A DNA stretch of 29,229 nucleotides, from positions 1 to 29,229 of the IMG/VR virus record IMGVR_UViG_3300020054_000927; one strand, 5' to 3'. This DNA is from a virus (lineage: Duplodnaviria; Caudoviricetes). Below the pieces are notes generated by a model that was not told where the DNA came from, made no database searches, and saw nothing but the letters and a program-made list of their open reading frames with translations. How positions within the stretch are numbered: the stretch's first letter is position 1; each line of letters begins with the position of its first letter. The translations under genes were made by a program, and so were the position numbers. Of this stretch, positions 1 through 7,808 are shown piece after piece.

Positions 1-224
1 TGAAAAAAGAAACGAAAAGAATACATAAAGAGACCGCGACTCAAATAGCAACTGGATTGGTCATTAATTACCCCCTAAATCTCTTTCTATTGTATGTTTA
101 CATTGAGAGATTCAATATTACAGATCCAATAATATTGGGTACTATGGTGACCCTGGTGATGACTGTCGTTGCCTATACAAGAATCTTTTTGTTAAGATCA
201 TATTTCAGTAAAAAATATAAATAA
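1..224 (+). CDS. Small hypothetical membrane protein (5' end at window edge; not in ORF track)
   Basis: Open frame from nt 3 to TAA at 222-224: KKETKRIHKETATQIATGLVINYPLNLFLLYVYIERFNITDPIILGTMVTLVMTVVAYTRIFLLRSYFSKKYK. Two hydrophobic segments and a basic C-terminus. The window starts with 'TG', probably the end of the ATG. Confidence 0.7.
   Translation, partial: KKETKRIHKETATQIATGLVINYPLNLFLLYVYIERFNITDPIILGTMVTLVMTVVAYTRIFLLRSYFSKKYK
216..223 (+). promoter_or_regulatory. T4-type late promoter (TATAAATA) upstream of the 232-aa ORF
   Basis: Exact TATAAATA about 70 nt upstream of ATG 295; AAGGAG RBS near 279-284. Confidence 0.6.
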
Positions 225-294
225 ATTAAACGCGCTAATCACGACTAGTTCCTAGCCATGAAACCCCGTATATCATTAAAGGAGTTAGTTTATT

Positions 295-993
295 ATGAAA
301 GGTATACCTTCAATTAAGTTCGGTTTGAATACCGAAAGTGGTAATCAATATAAAGCTGGTTTAACAATCATCCATCCAAAAGACAATCCTGTCACCCAAC
401 AAGAAGAATGGAAAGTTGCTTTTAATATCGTAAAAGATTTAATTGAATCCGGTGTCACCAAAATGGGTGAAGGATATTGTATCAGTGTTTCCGATATTTG
501 TCTAAATCTATGTAAACAAAATGGTCTTTCAGCATCATTGTTAGAAGTTAAATTAAGTATCGTAGATCAAGAAGACGGCACTACTCATATGGTCGGACAT
601 GATGTATCTTGGGAAAAAAATTCTCATACTAAAGTAAGTACTCATGTTGTTGTTGCTATTAATGCAGAAATCCCATTCTTTATGGATCTATCAATTGCTC
701 ATAGACTTCCAAATCAAATGCAAGCTGTTATGAATGTAATAAAAAATGAAGGAAGTAAAATAATATCTAATTTTGTATTTGGTAAAAAGACAGGATTTTT
801 ATATCAAGAAAAGGTTGATGGTGTTAGCGTTCCAAAATTACATCAAATAAGTATACTTGATAGAATGGCAACTGATAGATTTATTTTTTCTGAAATGAAA
901 CAATTAAAGATACTCAACATAATCGGTATCGTTATTTCCTCCTTTGCATTAATCAATGTAATGGGAAAAATTCTCCTCGATTGGTACAACTAA
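295..993 (+). CDS. Hypothetical protein, probable transglutaminase-like (papain-fold) enzyme with C-terminal transmembrane helix
   Basis: 232-aa ORF with AAGGAG RBS. GYC62ISVS...NGLSA, TH117VVV and FMD131LS resemble the Cys-His-Asp triad of transglutaminase-like cores. C-terminal ILNIIGIVISSFALINVMG is hydrophobic. The CDS is well supported; the function is inferred. Confidence 0.6.
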   Translation: MKGIPSIKFGLNTESGNQYKAGLTIIHPKDNPVTQQEEWKVAFNIVKDLIESGVTKMGEGYCISVSDICLNLCKQNGLSASLLEVKLSIVDQEDGTTHMVGHDVSWEKNSHTKVSTHVVVAINAEIPFFMDLSIAHRLPNQMQAVMNVIKNEGSKIISNFVFGKKTGFLYQEKVDGVSVPKLHQISILDRMATDRFIFSEMKQLKILNIIGIVISSFALINVMGKILLDWYN

Positions 994-1004
994 TTTCTTA
1001 AGAC

Positions 1005-1034
1005 AAAAAAAGAAGGAACCCGGAGGTTCCTTCT
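1005..1034 (-). terminator. Rho-independent terminator of the gp23 transcript
   Basis: Minus strand AGAAGGAACC-TCCG-GGTTCCTTCT (perfect 10-bp stem) followed by a T run, about 60 nt downstream of the gp23 stop. Confidence 0.9.
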
Positions 1035-1036
1035 CA

Positions 1037-1058
1037 ATGATTCCGAAGAATCGTTTTT
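1037..1058. terminator. Second hairpin: C(UUCG)G tetraloop on the minus strand, or terminator for the convergent plus-strand genes
   Basis: Plus: ATGATTC-CGAA-GAATCGT followed by TTTT. Minus: GATTC-TTCG-GAATC. Confidence 0.5.
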
Positions 1059-1092
1059 GTGGTTAGTTGACCTAACTCTTCTTATACTAAGA

Positions 1093-2412
1093 TTAGAATA
1101 AGTTGCTAACAATAACTTTTCTGTAGTATCTGTTAAGATCAGCTGTAAGAGCACCAAGGCCTTGGCTAGAAACGTCACCTTGAGCGAATGGGTTTGCGAC
1201 CATTCCGTAACGTGTCTTGAATCCAATTTTTGGTTGGAAGCTGTTCTCACCAACCGCACGTACCATTTGTAGAGGAACGTATGGGCAGTAGAATAAACCT
1301 GCATCAAATGCAGATGAACCCTTGTAACCAACTACCATGTAGTTAGAACCTGCGAATGGGTCAACATATACTCTGAATCTACCGTTAAGAACACCAGCAA
1401 AAGTATTGCCTGTGTCATCAACTTCTAAAGTATTTGAGTTAAGAGCAGGTGTGTAATCTAATACACCAGCCATTTGTAATGCAGAAGCCACGTCAGAAGA
1501 ACAAATAACAACGTTACCTTTTCCTCTTCTTGTTCCTTTAGCAATAGCGTTAGCTTCTTGCTCGATTTGGAACATAAGACCTTTGAACTTCTCAACAGAC
1601 CATCTACCGTTTGCATCAACGTCTAAGTCGAATGTACCCGGTGTAGCTGCACCTGTTGCGCCTGGAACAGCAACAGCATAAATTGTTCTAACAACTTCTC
1701 TATTGATTTCAGTTAAGATTTCAGTTTGAAGAATGTTAGCCAATTCTGTTTCAGCATCCAAGCCATGAACAGCTTTAAGGTCCTGAGCAAGCTCAGTTGT
1801 GTATTCTGCTTTCAAAGCACGAGTCTTAGCAGAAACGGTTACTTTCTCAATTGAGAAGGCCATTTCAGCATAGTTAGTCCCTTGACCATCACCTAAGGCT
1901 TCAGCAGCAGCTGTAGTCATACCAGTACCAGTTGTAATTAACTGAGTATTAGCATTTGGTAATGTATTAGCGTGAGCTCCTGTACCAGCAAAGCCTGTAT
2001 CAGCTTCGTTGAATAGAGCTTCAGCACCAGCTTGTGAACCATATCTTGCTCTCATCGCGAAGATAAGACCTGTAGGACCAGTCATAGGCTGAACACCACA
2101 GATATCATAAGCGATAAGGTTAGGAACGGCTCTTCTTACTAATGAGATAAGGATTGGGTCATAACCTGCACCAGGACCAGCTGGAGCAGAACCACCTGTA
2201 AATCCACCGGTTGTACCGACGTCATTAGTAGGAGCTTCTGAAAGCAAGCTTGTCATGTTAGCAGATAGATCACCAGTTTCCTTAAGTGCTCTTTCTGTAT
2301 TCTCAAGAATAGTAGCAGTTACTGCTTTTCTATGAGAATCGCTAATTGGTGAAAAAGATTCGTGCTCGAGAATGGGCCCCCACTTTTCCACTAGTCTTGA
2401 ATAGTTATCCAT
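1093..2412 (-). CDS. gp23: Major capsid protein (T4 gp23 family)
   Basis: Hallmarks LVEKWGPILEH, YDPILISLVRRAVPNLIAYDICGVQPMTGPTGLIFAMRARY, KTRALKAEYTTELAQDLKAVHGLDAE, FYCPYVPL, FQPKIGFKTRYG; AAGGAG RBS. Confidence 0.99.
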   Translation of the reverse strand: MDNYSRLVEKWGPILEHESFSPISDSHRKAVTATILENTERALKETGDLSANMTSLLSEAPTNDVGTTGGFTGGSAPAGPGAGYDPILISLVRRAVPNLIAYDICGVQPMTGPTGLIFAMRARYGSQAGAEALFNEADTGFAGTGAHANTLPNANTQLITTGTGMTTAAAEALGDGQGTNYAEMAFSIEKVTVSAKTRALKAEYTTELAQDLKAVHGLDAETELANILQTEILTEINREVVRTIYAVAVPGATGAATPGTFDLDVDANGRWSVEKFKGLMFQIEQEANAIAKGTRRGKGNVVICSSDVASALQMAGVLDYTPALNSNTLEVDDTGNTFAGVLNGRFRVYVDPFAGSNYMVVGYKGSSAFDAGLFYCPYVPLQMVRAVGENSFQPKIGFKTRYGMVANPFAQGDVSSQGLGALTADLNRYYRKVIVSNLF

Positions 2413-2457
2413 TTTGGATCTCCTTTATTAATATTAATTTAATTAAAAACCAATTTA

Positions 2458-3450
2458 TTAATTATTCTTTTTTCTAGTGTTGAAAGCTTCAACAAGAGCA
2501 TTAATAGAAGAGTAATCAGAAGTTGGTTTAGTTACTTCCTGTTCTTCTAGAATAATTTCGTCATCTTCGTCCTGAACATCTTTCTTTTCAACAAGAGGCT
2601 TGTCAGAGAAGAATGACTCCTTAATTACTTGAAGATTTTCTGCATAAGCGTCAAGATCTTCAATATCAAGCTTTTCAGACAATACTTTCAATCTTTCTAC
2701 CTGATTCTCAGATAAACCTTCTGAAAGTTCGTCAAATTTTTGTTCTGCTTTGTAAGTAGCAATTTGCTTTTGTAATTCGATATTCTCGTTTACTAAATCA
2801 TTTGCTTTACCTTCCAATTCAGAAACTGTTGTCTCTAAGTTTGCTACAACGTCAACTGATTCTTCATCAACTGATACGTTGTGCTCTACGAATAAGTTCT
2901 TAAGACCTGACATTAATGATTCTGCCATTTCAACTTTAATTCCAGCTTCGATAGCAATTTCATTTTCTGACATCCATTCAGAAACAACGTAGTCTAAATA
3001 CTTATCAACATTTTCAGTAATAGTATCTAATTTCTCAGTTACTGCTTCATTCAATGCTTCGTCTAAAGACTTAGTTAATTCTTCACGAATTGTCTCAGTT
3101 CTTTTATTTACTTCTTCGTTTAATGCGGCTTCAAATACAAGACTAATCTTGCCTTTGAACTCTTCGGATAAATCTTCGCCTTCGATGATAGATGCAATTG
3201 AAGATTCCACCACAACCTCTTCGATTGTTTCGACTTCTTCAGTTGTTTCAACTTCTTCCGCTGTAGGAACTGGCTCTCCAGCTTTACCTTGCTCAGGTGT
3301 TACTTTCTTAGCATCTACAGGGCCTTTTGGCTCGTCAGTAGTTGTTTTCTTCAGCTTGTCCTTTTTGCCTTCGCCACCCTCAGGTGCCACAGGTTGAGGT
3401 ACACTAGAAATACCATCATCAGCAACGAATGTGTTTTTCTCGTCTGCCAT
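2458..3450 (-). CDS. gp22: Prohead core scaffolding protein (gp22 family)
   Basis: Acidic coiled-coil protein with LSEEFKGKISLVFEAAL, VDKYLDYVVSEWMSENEIAIEAGIKVEMAESLMSGLKNLFVEH and IKESFF; lies between gp21 and gp23. Confidence 0.95.
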   Translation of the reverse strand: MADEKNTFVADDGISSVPQPVAPEGGEGKKDKLKKTTTDEPKGPVDAKKVTPEQGKAGEPVPTAEEVETTEEVETIEEVVVESSIASIIEGEDLSEEFKGKISLVFEAALNEEVNKRTETIREELTKSLDEALNEAVTEKLDTITENVDKYLDYVVSEWMSENEIAIEAGIKVEMAESLMSGLKNLFVEHNVSVDEESVDVVANLETTVSELEGKANDLVNENIELQKQIATYKAEQKFDELSEGLSENQVERLKVLSEKLDIEDLDAYAENLQVIKESFFSDKPLVEKKDVQDEDDEIILEEQEVTKPTSDYSSINALVEAFNTRKKNN

Positions 3451-3515
3451 TATTTTTCTCCTTTAAATTTGTTATAAATCTACAAATATTTAATTATAAT
3501 AAACTTGACTGTTTT

Positions 3516-3523
3516 TATTTATA
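3516..3523 (-). promoter_or_regulatory. T4-type late promoter for gp22-gp23
   Basis: TATAAATA on the minus strand in the gp21-gp22 gap. Confidence 0.75.
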
Positions 3524-3528
3524 AAAAG

Positions 3529-4206
3529 TTAATTTCTCAAAGAACGAACGAATGTTTCAAACATTCTTGTTGCCGTTGCTTCATCAATAGTCCTTACTAC
3601 TCTATTCACTTTCTTTTCAACTTCTTCAACAATATTTTCGATAGCCTGAGTGGCTTTCCAATTGCCAGAAGCAATATCGTAGTAATATTCTACATTCTCC
3701 ATGATACCATTTACGAATGCATTTGGTGCTGAAGGGTCAGTGACAATATCAACAGTAGAAAGATGGAAATCCTTTTGAACTTCCATTACTCCATCTCTAC
3801 CTGCCTTGACCGAACCAAGACCTCGAGTTGAAACTCCGATCTTTACTCCTTCGTCTAATAGGCTTTTAACGATTTCCCCCATCGGTGTTGATAAGATTTT
3901 TGCCTTACCATAAAAATCGTTGCCATCACGTTTCATTTCAGTAATCAAATGCGAAACGCGATCCCCGTTGATTTGTGGACCATCAGGGTGCCCTAACTCT
4001 CCGAGTGCTCTTTTAGTTTGAATAAATTCTTTATCATAGCGATTCATTTCGCTTTCTAAAGTAGCACTTGGATAAATTCTTCCGTTGCGATTTTTAATAT
4101 CGCCTTGCATGAAGATTCCTTCGATAAAGTAATTCTTTTTACCGTCTTCTTTTTGCTCAGTAATTACTTCTACAAAATCTTCTGTGTATTCTGCTATTAA
4201 TCTCAT
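3529..4206 (-). CDS. gp21: Prohead protease (gp21 family)
   Basis: IEGIFMQGDIKNRNGRIYP, ALGELGHPDGPQINGDRVSH, GVSTRGLGS, DIVTDPSAPNAFVNGIME. Confidence 0.98.
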   Translation of the reverse strand: MRLIAEYTEDFVEVITEQKEDGKKNYFIEGIFMQGDIKNRNGRIYPSATLESEMNRYDKEFIQTKRALGELGHPDGPQINGDRVSHLITEMKRDGNDFYGKAKILSTPMGEIVKSLLDEGVKIGVSTRGLGSVKAGRDGVMEVQKDFHLSTVDIVTDPSAPNAFVNGIMENVEYYYDIASGNWKATQAIENIVEEVEKKVNRVVRTIDEATATRMFETFVRSLRN

Positions 4207-4226
4207 ATCTATTCCCTATTAAAAAC

Positions 4227-4234
4227 TATTTATA
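4227..4234 (-). promoter_or_regulatory. T4-type late promoter for gp21
   Basis: TATAAATA on the minus strand about 20 nt upstream of the gp21 ATG. Confidence 0.75.
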
Positions 4235-4240
4235 ATCAGT

Positions 4241-4495
4241 TTATGCCCTATATGCTATCTTTGTCGCCCAGACCGCGGCGGCCGCTCCCGCAGCCGTTAG
4301 TGAATGAGACGATTCCTTTTCAACATAAATTGTAGCACCAGGACTAACAAAAACTTCTCCTGCAGTTTCTACTACAATAATAGATTCAGGTACTGTACCT
4401 GTATTCGTTACCGAAGCAATAGTAGCATCAAAAATTGTATTTGCTCCACTTGTTATATTAACTGGAACACTTAGTGGTTTAACTATGCTCGGCAT
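4241..4495 (-). CDS. Small beta-rich hypothetical virion protein upstream of gp21
   Basis: 84-aa ORF with AAGGA RBS, tightly packed in the head operon. Resembles small genes I recall at this position in marine T4-like phages (not verified). Confidence 0.75.
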   Translation of the reverse strand: MPSIVKPLSVPVNITSGANTIFDATIASVTNTGTVPESIIVVETAGEVFVSPGATIYVEKESSHSLTAAGAAAAVWATKIAYRA

Positions 4496-4507
4496 CTTTA
4501 ATATTCC

Positions 4508-5656
4508 TTATACTGTTTTAGCAAAATCTAAAATTTCGTTGTATCCTGCTTCATCAGCAATGAATACACTGTACATTTCATTTTTGTTTGTTTCTGTTAA
4601 TTCTTCAAACATTCTGTTTAAAGTATCTGCATCTTCTTCTGAAATTTCAATTACTTCGTTGTTTTGTAATGTAAAAGAACCCGCTTCGATACTTTCGTAT
4701 GCCATACCTGCTTTAGTAAAAATCTTTGAAGCAGATAAAGGTTTAGCATTAACCATTTGATCTCCTTTTGCATAAGCATATAGAGATTTAACATTTGAGA
4801 ATACTTCTGCTAATTTGTTTTGCCACCATTCTTCAGGATCTTGTCCTTCCATTTTCAAATAGGATTGAATTTCTTCTGAGGCATAACAAATAAAATGTAA
4901 TTGTTTCAACATCATAGGAATTTCTTGTTGGGGACTTTCAAGCAATTCTTCCTCGGTTGAAACTTTATTTAACATTTCTTTGAATGTCATTTGAATTGTT
5001 TTTCCATTTGAATCTTTAATGGTAACTTGTGTAGGACTTGTTTTTGGTTTGTCCTCACCTTTTAAAACTTTTTTCTTTTGAACTTCAGGCTCAATAGTTT
5101 TAGATGCTTCTGTATCATCGGCTTCTTTTGTTTCTGCTTTTTTAACAGGTTTCTTTTCTGCTTTTAATACTTTATCATCTGAACAACTACCTTCCTGCAT
5201 ACCTTTAATTTCATTGCCGCAGCAAGAACATTCTTTACCAATTTCTTCAACCTTATGTTCTCCGCCACAATGTTCGCAAGATTCGTCACAACCGCAAGAA
5301 GCTACCAATTCTTCTTTTTTAACTTCTTTGCTGTTTGATACTCCAAGAATCTCTACAATTGATTTTCTAATAGGTGTTGTTGATTCTTCAACTTCCTCTT
5401 GTGATTTGCCATCACCTGTACCTCTATCAGGCAATGTTTGTGATACACGTTTCTTATACGCTTTATCGTAATTTACATCGCCTTTTTGGTCAGCAGGCCT
5501 TGCTGCTTCTCCTTTGCCAGGAATCTCACCTGTGAAGACATGGTCAGGAGCAACAGGATGTTTGATTAACTCAATCGTATGTTGATCCTTAAAGCGTCTT
5601 TCTTCAGGTGCCTTTGGTTGGGCAACTTCTGAAACTAGATCTTTAAAATTTTTCAT
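4508..5656 (-). CDS. Putative prohead core/internal head protein (gp67/gp68 position) with Cys-rich insert
   Basis: 382 aa, Glu/Lys-rich, between gp20 and gp21. N-terminus MKNFKDLVSE and several (L/I/V)xE motifs resemble gp21-processed head proteins. Contains CGCDESCEHC...CSCCG. Confidence 0.65.
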   Translation of the reverse strand: MKNFKDLVSEVAQPKAPEERRFKDQHTIELIKHPVAPDHVFTGEIPGKGEAARPADQKGDVNYDKAYKKRVSQTLPDRGTGDGKSQEEVEESTTPIRKSIVEILGVSNSKEVKKEELVASCGCDESCEHCGGEHKVEEIGKECSCCGNEIKGMQEGSCSDDKVLKAEKKPVKKAETKEADDTEASKTIEPEVQKKKVLKGEDKPKTSPTQVTIKDSNGKTIQMTFKEMLNKVSTEEELLESPQQEIPMMLKQLHFICYASEEIQSYLKMEGQDPEEWWQNKLAEVFSNVKSLYAYAKGDQMVNAKPLSASKIFTKAGMAYESIEAGSFTLQNNEVIEISEEDADTLNRMFEELTETNKNEMYSVFIADEAGYNEILDFAKTV

Positions 5657-5689
5657 GTTTAGTCCCTAATTTAATTTCTATATTACCTT

Positions 5690-5697
5690 TATTTATA
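5690..5697 (-). promoter_or_regulatory. T4-type late promoter for the 382-aa gene
   Basis: TATAAATA on the minus strand just after the gp20 stop. Confidence 0.7.
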
Positions 5698-5700
5698 TTA

Positions 5701-7227
5701 TTAAAACGGTTCGTCCTCTTGATGACCGCCTGCTTCCTTTTCAGCCGCAATTTCATCTTCCATTTCTTGTTGTTCTTCTTCAGTCATTTGAAGAATATTT
5801 TTCGTAATCCACTGATGAGAGAAATACTTACCAGTGTATTCTGAAACATCTCTAAGAGTATTCAATCTTTCTCTTAGAATTTCAGCTTCTTTTAATTCTT
5901 CAAAATAATTATCTTTAACAAAGTCATAACGAATATCATTTCTAATTTCTGCGAACTCTTCAGGTGTTAATATACCTTTGAGTATCAATTGCTTCTCTAA
6001 TACCATATTAAATATCCATGAGAAGCGAGAACGAATTCTCCTAATAAATTTACCAAACTTTAGTTCATCACGAGTAATCTCAGATGTTCTACCAAAGGTT
6101 GCCATAGCTTCTGGTTCTAAACGGCTTAAAGGTACCTTCAACGCCTTGTATAATTTACGTTGAAAATACTCTAAGTTTTCGTTACCACTCAATCCTGGTG
6201 CATTACCTCCTGCGAGGGTATCAACTTCAGTTGATCTTTCTCCACCACGACGAGGGAACCAAAAGTCCTCGGTCATTGTTAGCATCTTTCGAGAATCGGT
6301 AATTTCACCGGTTGACGAATTATACTGTAACTTGTTTTTATGACGTGCCATCATATCTCTAAGATATTGTTCTGCCTTGTTCTTAGGCAGATTGCCCACG
6401 TCAATATAAAAAATTCTTCTTTCAGGTGCTCTTGTTAACGTGTAAATAACAACAGCATCTTCCAACATTCTAAGCTGATTTAAAGCTTTTCCTGCTGGAT
6501 GTAAATGAGATAATACTAAACTATTATTCTCATTCATTAAGCCCGATGTTACTCGAGCTATACTATCTTTAGCAATCTTGATTCCTGAAGTACTACTTGC
6601 TGGAGAACTTACTCCACCTGTACTTGTATTTTGGAACCCTGTTTCAGAATACATGTAATACTCGTTTTTAACTTTCTTAACAGGTATTCCTGAATGCTTG
6701 TCCTTTTGTTTCTTATCAACTTCTCGAATTAATTTTAGTTTTCGAGGATCAACATAACGTAATTCTAATACACCTTTCTTAACATCTTCAGGATCAATAA
6801 TAATATGATAATTTAATCTTCCATCAACATAAAATTTCTGAAACATATCATATGAATTATTAGTAAAGTCAAATAATGCAAGAACGTTATCAAATTCATT
6901 AATAATACTTTTCTTTACTTTATCTGGTAGATCTGTTTCTCCTAAAGAGATTTCAACAACTCTATCATTAGTATCAACACTAATTGCTTCATTAACAATG
7001 TCATCAATAGCCTGAGAAACTTCAGGCTGCATTGCCATATGACGATATCTTGTAATTAATTCAGATTCCGTTTTAGCGGAACCTTCCATATCAAGTATCG
7101 TATTATAAAAACCACCAAGAGCATTACCAACGGTAATCGCTCCATCATCATTAGAAGGTTCAGCAAAGGAGACTGGAAGTGTAGTCTCCTCTTCTGCCCT
7201 CTTTATATCAAAGCCAAAAATTTTCAA
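5701..7227 (-). CDS. gp20: Portal vertex protein (gp20 family)
   Basis: NQLRMLEDAVVIYTLTRAPERRIFYIDVGNLPKNKAEQYL, EDFWFPRRGGERSTEVDTL, EITRDELKFGKFI. Confidence 0.99.
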   Translation of the reverse strand: MKIFGFDIKRAEEETTLPVSFAEPSNDDGAITVGNALGGFYNTILDMEGSAKTESELITRYRHMAMQPEVSQAIDDIVNEAISVDTNDRVVEISLGETDLPDKVKKSIINEFDNVLALFDFTNNSYDMFQKFYVDGRLNYHIIIDPEDVKKGVLELRYVDPRKLKLIREVDKKQKDKHSGIPVKKVKNEYYMYSETGFQNTSTGGVSSPASSTSGIKIAKDSIARVTSGLMNENNSLVLSHLHPAGKALNQLRMLEDAVVIYTLTRAPERRIFYIDVGNLPKNKAEQYLRDMMARHKNKLQYNSSTGEITDSRKMLTMTEDFWFPRRGGERSTEVDTLAGGNAPGLSGNENLEYFQRKLYKALKVPLSRLEPEAMATFGRTSEITRDELKFGKFIRRIRSRFSWIFNMVLEKQLILKGILTPEEFAEIRNDIRYDFVKDNYFEELKEAEILRERLNTLRDVSEYTGKYFSHQWITKNILQMTEEEQQEMEDEIAAEKEAGGHQEDEPF

Positions 7228-7243
7228 AATATCACCTATTTAA

Positions 7244-7777
7244 TTATGTAGTAGGAATACCAGTATTTCCTTCAACTGTCCACATGTCGTAGTCGAAGTC
7301 AACTGTGAATTCCTGAATTGCGTCAGCTCCATCCCATGTCATTGCCATTGTGCTAACTGATGTTGGGAATAATCCCTCAAATTTGTATGATCTCAATGGA
7401 TCTCCATTTCTACTATAATGTGTAATTAATGCATCAGATTTATAATCTTGAGGTAAACCCGAGATGTTAGTTTGATGCGAATTAATTGCATTCATCCAAG
7501 CTTCAAATGCGTTACGAATTTGATAATCTTCATCGTTAATTACAGTTACCTGCCAAGTCGAGAATTTTCTAGAACCAGAATATGCAATCTCTCTTCCAAA
7601 ATAAGAAACCTTAAAAGAGGATACATCTGATGACGGTATGTTTGCTGCTTTTACCATAAATGGAACTTTAAAATCAGCAACTGGGTCAACAGGGTTGAGA
7701 ATCTGAACTTGGAAAAGGTTAGCACGAGCGCCACCGCCAGTTAACTGGGATTTGAACTCATTAATATTAAATGCCAT
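7244..7777 (-). CDS. gp19: Tail tube protein (gp19 family)
   Basis: GGGARANLFQV, FMVKAANIP, WQVTVINDEDYQIRNAFEAWMNAIN, IQEFTVDFDYD. Confidence 0.97.
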   Translation of the reverse strand: MAFNINEFKSQLTGGGARANLFQVQILNPVDPVADFKVPFMVKAANIPSSDVSSFKVSYFGREIAYSGSRKFSTWQVTVINDEDYQIRNAFEAWMNAINSHQTNISGLPQDYKSDALITHYSRNGDPLRSYKFEGLFPTSVSTMAMTWDGADAIQEFTVDFDYDMWTVEGNTGIPTT

Positions 7778-7800
7778 TCTTTTTCTCCTTTATTAAAAAT

Positions 7801-7808
7801 TATTTATT
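7801..7808 (-). promoter_or_regulatory. Possible variant late promoter (AATAAATA) for gp19
   Basis: One mismatch to TATAAATA, in the gp18-gp19 gap. Similar variants lie at 11940-11947, 14679-14686 and 20855-20862. Confidence 0.4.

Noticed and set aside
995-1092. No gp24 vertex gene after gp23
   Set aside because: Common among non-enteric T4-like phages, and it could lie elsewhere in the genome.
990-1331. 113-aa minus-strand ORF overlapping the gp23 3' end (possible frameshift extension)
   Set aside because: Alternate frame of a conserved gene, runs through the terminator, and I saw no RBS or slippery site.
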